This document shows, in pieces, positions 58,305 through 64,000 of a DNA stretch of 64,000 bases. Position 1 is the first letter of the stretch. Every line of letters begins with the position of its first letter. The notes below the pieces were generated by a model, which saw nothing but the letters and a program-made list of their open reading frames with translations, was not told where the DNA came from and ran no database searches. This stretch comes from Calditrichia bacterium (lineage in GTDB: Bacteria; Calditrichota; Calditrichia; RBG-13-44-9; J075). The position numbers and the translations under genes were made by a program. The DNA is taken from contig JBOEGD010000001.1 of assembly GCA_050633245.1 (NCBI GenBank), positions 240,463 to 304,462 of the forward strand, given 5' to 3'.

Positions 58305-60317
58305 CTACCGATTCCCTCCACTTTTTATCTCTACCTCTACTGTGCTGAGTGCTCTTTTTATTTCTCCACAACGGAACATTGACCTGCCAAAATATGGGTT
58401 CTCTATTGCCTGATGATTCTGTAACCAGTCGGCGCCGGAATTATTAAACGCCATTGGACAATGGATCAGATATAGAGGTTGTGTCGCGCCGCTGTCGAAT
58501 ACTTGAACGATGTTAATGAGCGATTGCGATAGACTGTGAAATGCTTCTCGCGCCAGCGATAGATCTTTTGCAGCAAGTAGCATTGTTGTTGCTCTCTCCA
58601 GAGCCGGCTCAAGAGATATCCACGTGTCCGACAAGTTGCCTTTCAGGGAATTGCCGGGCACCGTTTCAATGGCTTTGTCGATCTTAGCGGCTGCTGCAGA
58701 GACCTGAGCGAGGCTGTCGTGGCTAAGGCCTTGCTGAACATCAAGATACGCATGAAGTAGATTGTCTATCGAAACGCGAAAAGTTGTCGGTACCTGTGTA
58801 AGCAACTTGAGCTTAGAATTGTCCCTATGTGTTTCATCGTTGTGCTTATGACCGGTAGATGCCGGAGCATCCCTTGGATTCATCATGCTGGGCCGAGCTT
58901 TAATTTGAAGGTCGCTGTCCAGCTTAAACGCCCCATTGGTAACAACGACTTCGCCCTCTCGCAGGCCATACGCTACGACATAGAAATCACCAGCGCGTGA
59001 GCCGAGCATTATTTCCCGGCCCTCGAATATACCATTTCCCTTCTCGATATATACGACTGCACGAGTGCCTGTTTTTAGTACCGCAGTGGCAGGAATAACA
59101 AGTGGAGGCAGGGAATCTTTTTCAGTTTTACCGACCATACCCAAGTCTTCAGCGCGAACTAAGCCCATACCGCAAACGTCACATTGCCCCGGGCCATCTT
59201 TCACGATCTCAGGATGCATTGGCGAAACCCACTTACCTGCTAAAGCGCGGTTGCTCACCTGATTACCCGACTCGATCCGTGAGATAAGCGTTGCCTGGGC
59301 GAACATCTCCGGTTTTAATCTACCGTCGTTATTGGAAACATTTACGCGTACGCTGATCGTACGCGTCTGCGGATTTATCAGTGGGTCGATGAAAGAAACA
59401 GTTCCTGCAAATGTTTCGCCAGGCCAGGCTTTTACAGAAAAGGTAACGGCTTGTCCCTGATGTAGCCAGGCCAGGTCACTTTCGTAGGCATCCAGCTTTA
59501 GCCAGAGATACCGAAGATCTGCTACGGTGTAAATTCTTTCACCGGTTTTTACATACATTCCCTCAGTTGCATTCCTATGCAAAACGGTGCCGCTAATCGG
59601 TGAAAAAATGGTTAAGCGATTGTTTACTATTTGCCTCTTTATGAGATTACTGATCTGATTAGAAGTTAGACCTAACTGCTTTAACTTTTCCCATGCAGCT
59701 GCCAGATTCTGTTCTGCGTCAATACTGAAGGAGGGGGATGAGGCTGCTTTGCTGCGAAGTGAGGTCGCGTGCGCCTGCAAAAATTCTTCCTGAGCCGAAA
59801 TGAGTTGCGGACTGTATAGTTGCACAAGATGATCGCCTTTGCGCACGCGTGTACCGTTGTAATCTACAAAAAGCCGGTCTATTCTTCCCGGCACCCATGC
59901 GGAGATATATTTGACACGTGTTTCATCGAGAATTAGCTTTCCAGATATGTTTAGAGAAACATCAACCGGTTGTCGTGTAACCCTTACCGTCTGAATGTTT
60001 GCCAGTTTCTGAGCGTTCACGGATAACTTCAACTCTCTGATCCCCATATCGGCAGTATCACTGCTCTCAATCGAAACAAGATCCATACCGCAGATTGGGC
60101 ACTGACCAAACCGGGGCTGTTGAATCTGAGGATGCATAGCACATGTCCATGTATCTGCTGTTAATTCCCCTGTATTGCTCTGCTCAGCTTGTGTCTCTGT
60201 AGGTGAAGAGTTTCCATTTATCAAATAGCCAATTGAAAACGCCGCAAGTAAGAGAATCAGGAGCGGGAGTCTGAATTGCTTGCTAATTAGTGACCGAAGG
60301 CTACCGGAAAGATTCAT
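58305..60317 (-). CDS. cusB: CusB-like periplasmic adaptor with heavy-metal-binding motifs and C-terminal DUF3347-type domain
   Basis: WTCAMHPQI..CPICGMDL, second SPMHPEI..CDVCGM, LYSPQL, LKPEMF, C-terminal CPMAF..NPYFG..CG. Confidence 0.9.
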   Translation of the reverse strand: MNLSGSLRSLISKQFRLPLLILLLAAFSIGYLINGNSSPTETQAEQSNTGELTADTWTCAMHPQIQQPRFGQCPICGMDLVSIESSDTADMGIRELKLSVNAQKLANIQTVRVTRQPVDVSLNISGKLILDETRVKYISAWVPGRIDRLFVDYNGTRVRKGDHLVQLYSPQLISAQEEFLQAHATSLRSKAASSPSFSIDAEQNLAAAWEKLKQLGLTSNQISNLIKRQIVNNRLTIFSPISGTVLHRNATEGMYVKTGERIYTVADLRYLWLKLDAYESDLAWLHQGQAVTFSVKAWPGETFAGTVSFIDPLINPQTRTISVRVNVSNNDGRLKPEMFAQATLISRIESGNQVSNRALAGKWVSPMHPEIVKDGPGQCDVCGMGLVRAEDLGMVGKTEKDSLPPLVIPATAVLKTGTRAVVYIEKGNGIFEGREIMLGSRAGDFYVVAYGLREGEVVVTNGAFKLDSDLQIKARPSMMNPRDAPASTGHKHNDETHRDNSKLKLLTQVPTTFRVSIDNLLHAYLDVQQGLSHDSLAQVSAAAAKIDKAIETVPGNSLKGNLSDTWISLEPALERATTMLLAAKDLSLAREAFHSLSQSLINIVQVFDSGATQPLYLIHCPMAFNNSGADWLQNHQAIENPYFGRSMFRCGEIKRALSTVEVEIKSGGNR

Positions 60318-60319
60318 CT

Positions 60320-61666
60320 TTAATTCTCCTTCTGCGAAATACTGGTAGCTGTCAGCATTTCAATTTGCGCAAGATGTTGATTAGAGTCCGTGCGGGCTCT
60401 TGCCAACATAATTCGCATTTCGAGTAAACTGCGTTGAGTTTCAATAAGCTCGGGAAAGTCCACTTCCCCTGCTTCAAATGCAGCTCTGGTAACTTCATAA
60501 GCCTGCTTCATGCGTGGAATTAGGGAGTTGCCGTAGAGGTCAATTTTTCTTTTCGCTTCTTTTAAGCGATATAAAACTGTTTGCTGCACGGCGAACAGGC
60601 TCGAACGCATAGACTGATATTTGTATTTTGCGGACCGATGCTTTGCTTGGGCGGCAGCTACGCGCGCTTTGTTTTTTCCCCACCACAATGGGAGATTCAT
60701 GGATACTGTTGCAACGAGCGGGTCTTTGCCACTATCGGTAAGGTTGTTGTTTATCGCAGCACCGGTAAATATGTAATCCACAGATAAGATGAAGTTTGGG
60801 AGATTGCTCTTTTGGGCAAGATTTATACCGGCCCTTTCATGTTCAACCAGTTTCTGCATTGACAGAAGCTCCGGGTTATTATGCTCGAGCTGTTGCTGCA
60901 CTAGCGTATCATTGATTGTAACGTCAAACGATGAAATCGTATTCGGACGAGGAAGCCTTGCCCGTGGTGGTCGATTTAGCAGCGCATTAAGCTGCGCCAC
61001 CAGTGGAAGCTCCATATCCGAAATATCTGTCAGTCGATCTCGGAGTTTTTCTGCTTCAATTTGAACTTTTAGCAAACTTGATTGTGGAGTAAGCCCGGTG
61101 CGATATTTTGCACGAACTACCTTCTCAAGATAGTTCAACAGTTGGACATTGTCATTCATCAGCTGTGTTGCCCGGATCAGATAGGCGTATTCATGCCAGC
61201 TTTTCTTTATTTGGTAGATGATATTCAGTTGATCTCGTGCCCAAAGTGCGCTATCTGCCGAAGCAGCTTTTAATGCGACTTCCTTTTTTAGCCCCAGTTT
61301 TCCTGGAAATGGGATAGATTGGCTAATACCCACTCTGTGCTGTTGCGGACCGATTCGCGTTTCAACCTCATTAATGAAATAGCCATAACGAATCTCGGGT
61401 TCAGGCAGAGAAGAAGAGACGTGTGCCATTGAAATAATCGATTTTACCTGCTCTTTTCCTGCAGCTAGCTTTGGGTTGTGCTGCATTGCATAAATGAGTA
61501 ACTCTTGCAGTGTCGACGCCGGTGTAATGCCCTTTACATCTGCTACAGCGATTATGTTATTTAAATTGGTCTGAGGATCCGAATTTATTTCCTGAGCAAA
61601 AATGTCCCCTGAAATTGATATATAAATTACCGCCAGCCAGAGAAATGACTTCATTCTTATCTCCAT
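60320..61666 (-). CDS. TolC/CusC family outer-membrane efflux protein
   Basis: Signal peptide; HNPKL, SLPEP, SQSIPFPGKL, NNPEL, MNLPLW; position in cusCBA order. Start may be 61654. Confidence 0.9.
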   Translation of the reverse strand: MEIRMKSFLWLAVIYISISGDIFAQEINSDPQTNLNNIIAVADVKGITPASTLQELLIYAMQHNPKLAAGKEQVKSIISMAHVSSSLPEPEIRYGYFINEVETRIGPQQHRVGISQSIPFPGKLGLKKEVALKAASADSALWARDQLNIIYQIKKSWHEYAYLIRATQLMNDNVQLLNYLEKVVRAKYRTGLTPQSSLLKVQIEAEKLRDRLTDISDMELPLVAQLNALLNRPPRARLPRPNTISSFDVTINDTLVQQQLEHNNPELLSMQKLVEHERAGINLAQKSNLPNFILSVDYIFTGAAINNNLTDSGKDPLVATVSMNLPLWWGKNKARVAAAQAKHRSAKYKYQSMRSSLFAVQQTVLYRLKEAKRKIDLYGNSLIPRMKQAYEVTRAAFEAGEVDFPELIETQRSLLEMRIMLARARTDSNQHLAQIEMLTATSISQKEN

Positions 61667-61781
61667 TAAGTGAAATAGGATATGTCTGGATGTTGTTGTT
61701 TTACCTATTAGATAGCGTACATCGGCTTAACCAATGAGACTTCTAATAAGCAAACCGTATTAAGGCTTGAAGCGGGTAAGC

Positions 61782-62309
61782 TTAGATGAGAAAAGAGCTG
61801 TTGATAAGAAAGAGAGGAGAATGGGGCATCGGTGGAGCATTTCCACTATAAAATAGCCTGTTAAGCCTGTACGAACCGGCTTGATGATTCGAGTTGCGGC
61901 AAGTGGGTGCCATAGCAGCGATTTCAGCTTCGGTCTGGTTTGACACTATTATTCCGGATGGCTCTGATATATCCGTACTACCGCACTCTGTCTTACACTG
62001 ATGTGCGTCTTGATTTAAAGATACCTGCCGGATGTCCTCTTGTTGAGTGGCGGAGCAGCAGGAAGGCGTTGTGTTAATTACCAGTTCAGATTCTTGGTGT
62101 GTCGCGAAGGAATGACAACCCTCAGGTGGTACCTCTGCGGTGTCTACAGATTGATGACAGGTCATTTCGACAGGCGCATTATCCTGACTCTCGGAACAAC
62201 AACAACCAATCGGAAATGCCGAGAGCGGTAGCCAGGTCAGGAATATGGCAAGCAATATACTTGCGCAGATTCGGCGTCGCTGAAAAATTGTCGGTTTAGC
62301 AAGCTTCAT
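61782..62309 (-). CDS. Cys/His-rich putative metal-binding leader protein upstream of cusCBA
   Basis: Signal-like stretch, GCCC, CH, SCCS; ends PPMPHSPLFLINSSFLI, typical of small ORFs preceding metal RND operons. Confidence 0.7.
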   Translation of the reverse strand: MKLAKPTIFQRRRICASILLAIFLTWLPLSAFPIGCCCSESQDNAPVEMTCHQSVDTAEVPPEGCHSFATHQESELVINTTPSCCSATQQEDIRQVSLNQDAHQCKTECGSTDISEPSGIIVSNQTEAEIAAMAPTCRNSNHQAGSYRLNRLFYSGNAPPMPHSPLFLINSSFLI

Positions 62310-62360
62310 ACAGTTCCAATATACGGCGTTTTTGATAATTGTCTTACAAATTCTCAAATT

Positions 62361-62406
62361 CCTGATACCTGATACCTGACACCTGACACCTGACACCTGA
62401 CACCTG
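62361..62406. repeat. Heptamer tandem repeat (CCTGATA)x2(CCTGACA)x4 + CCTG
   Basis: Read directly; lies just downstream of the gnd stop codon. Confidence 0.92.
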
Positions 62407-62410
62407 TTTC

Positions 62411-63829
62411 TTATTTGGAATCCCAATCTGCGTGAAAGCTGCCCGGCTTATCCGTGCGCTCAAAAGTGTGTGCGCCAAAGAAGTCTCGCTGAGCCTGAAT
62501 GACATTTGCTGACAGTCTTGCGTTGCGATACGAATCGTAATATGCGAGTGAAACACTCATTGCCGGAGCAGGAATACCTAGCTCAACAGCCGTTTTTACA
62601 ACATAGCGCCACGCTGCTTGTCTGGTTTCGATTGCCTCTCTGAAGAAGTCGTCGAGTAAAAGATTGGCTAAACTCTCATCACGATTATAAGCGTCTGTAA
62701 TGTCGTTTAATAACCGAGCGCGGATAATGCAGCCTGCGCGCCAAATGCGGGCGATTTCGGCAAGGTTCAAGCTGTAATTATATTCATCAGATGACTTCTT
62801 TAACATGCTCATGCCCTGAGCATAAGAGCAGATCTTCGAGGCATAAAGTGCTGCGCGGACTGCTTCGATCAGCTTACCCGCATCACCTTCGAATTTGGCA
62901 TTCGGGCCGGTCAATACCTTTGCCGCCTCAACGCGCTCTTCTTTCATTGACGAGATAATACGCCCATCGACTGCAGCGGTGATGGTTGGAATAGCAGCAC
63001 CCATATCCAGCGCAATTTGGCTGGTCCATTTACCGGTTCCTTTTTGTTTGGCCTTATCCAATACCAGATCAATAAGCGGCTGTCCAGTCTCTTCATCAAC
63101 CTTGCGGAAGGCCTGAGCAGTAATTTCGATTAAAAAGGAAGAGAGCTCGCCTTCATTCCACTCACTGAAAATTTCCGCAAACTTTTTTGCTGAGAGACCG
63201 AGCGTATGCTTGAGAATAAAATAGGCCTCTGCAATCAACTGCATATCACCATATTCGATACCATTATGAACCATCTTAACAAAATGTCCTGAACCTCCTG
63301 GGCCAATATAAGTAACACATGGAGCGTCATCTTCTTTTGCTTTGGCCGAAACGGCCTGCATAATGGCTTCTACCTCTTTATAGGCAGATTCAGATCCACC
63401 GGGCATTAGGCTGGGACCCCATAGTGCACCTTCTTCTCCGCCGGATACGCCCATGCCAAAAAAGTTAATGCCCTTTTCTTCCAACTCACCGGCACGACGC
63501 TCGGTATCCAGGAAGTAGGAATTTCCGCCATCGATTATCAGGTCACCTTTGTCCAGGTGGGGAAGTAGCGATCCGATTACTGCATCTACCGGTTTGCCGG
63601 CCGGAACCAACATCATAATGCGGCGAGGTGTTTCCAGCATTTTAACAAAATTTTCGAGGTCTGAAGCGGCTTTTACATTTTTACCCGCTGCCAGTCCATC
63701 CATATAGCGCTGGACAGCATCTGCATTTATGTCATAAACGGCAACTTTAAAGCCGTTGCGCTCTACGTTAAGGGCAAAATTTTGTCCCATTACTCCAAGG
63801 CCGATCATTCCAAAGTTTTGTTTACTCAT
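62411..63829 (-). CDS. gnd: NADP-dependent 6-phosphogluconate dehydrogenase
   Basis: [64 protein letters not shown]. Confidence 0.98.
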   Translation of the reverse strand: MSKQNFGMIGLGVMGQNFALNVERNGFKVAVYDINADAVQRYMDGLAAGKNVKAASDLENFVKMLETPRRIMMLVPAGKPVDAVIGSLLPHLDKGDLIIDGGNSYFLDTERRAGELEEKGINFFGMGVSGGEEGALWGPSLMPGGSESAYKEVEAIMQAVSAKAKEDDAPCVTYIGPGGSGHFVKMVHNGIEYGDMQLIAEAYFILKHTLGLSAKKFAEIFSEWNEGELSSFLIEITAQAFRKVDEETGQPLIDLVLDKAKQKGTGKWTSQIALDMGAAIPTITAAVDGRIISSMKEERVEAAKVLTGPNAKFEGDAGKLIEAVRAALYASKICSYAQGMSMLKKSSDEYNYSLNLAEIARIWRAGCIIRARLLNDITDAYNRDESLANLLLDDFFREAIETRQAAWRYVVKTAVELGIPAPAMSVSLAYYDSYRNARLSANVIQAQRDFFGAHTFERTDKPGSFHADWDSK

Positions 63830-63979
63830 TTTGTGTAACTCCTGCCAGGTATATTGTCGTCAAATGATATTTTCTGGTATAACAGTTCTTGAATCTATGG
63901 AGAATGTTCAGACTGCGTATAAAGATACATTCAGATGGAGCGGTAGGCAAGAACAGAGAAACGGCGGACGGGGGGATCA

Positions 63980-64000
63980 GTGAACGGTGAACGGTGAACG
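63980..64000. repeat. Heptamer tandem repeat (GTGAACG)x3, cut by window edge
   Basis: GTGAACGGTGAACGGTGAACG at the end of the window. Confidence 0.8.

Noticed and set aside
53744-62406. Metal-resistance genomic island or transposon
   Set aside because: No integrase, transposase, tRNA target or terminal direct repeats seen.
62310-62426. N-terminal RCQVSGVRCQVSG extension of ORF 61782..62426
   Set aside because: It derives from the CCTGAYA heptamer repeat and overlaps gnd.

Overview
Gene-dense bacterial chromosomal window of mid-range GC. Proteins ending in 'LxQNYPNPFNPxTxIxY' C-terminal domains suggest an FCB-group diderm such as KSB1 or Calditrichota (inference). I saw no rRNA, tRNA, CRISPR array, transposase or integrase. 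Contents in order: (i) a signalling cluster running from a 5'-truncated Ser/Thr kinase-AAA-TPR through a sensor-less His kinase, Zn-ribbon-TPR, Zn-ribbon-FHA, a five-gene peptide ABC importer, a sigma-54 activator with no regulatory domain and a TPR-His kinase; (ii) secreted hydrolases (two S8 proteases with different C-terminal sorting tails, BNR-repeat protein, M61 peptidase, lipase, GGT, MltF-like protein); (iii) a tightly coupled operon of a FadL-like outer-membrane barrel, a periplasmic-TPR/TM/cytoplasmic STAND-like ATPase and a STAND-like ATPase-Ser/Thr kinase, which is the best candidate for an undescribed trans-envelope signalling system; (iv) housekeeping genes aceB, pyk, gnd and kptA; (v) a cusCBA-type metal efflux operon; (vi) a doubly disrupted methyltransferase, four different heptamer tandem repeats and GTAG-type palindromic repeats between convergent genes. 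All product calls come from motif recognition by eye; no database searches were run.
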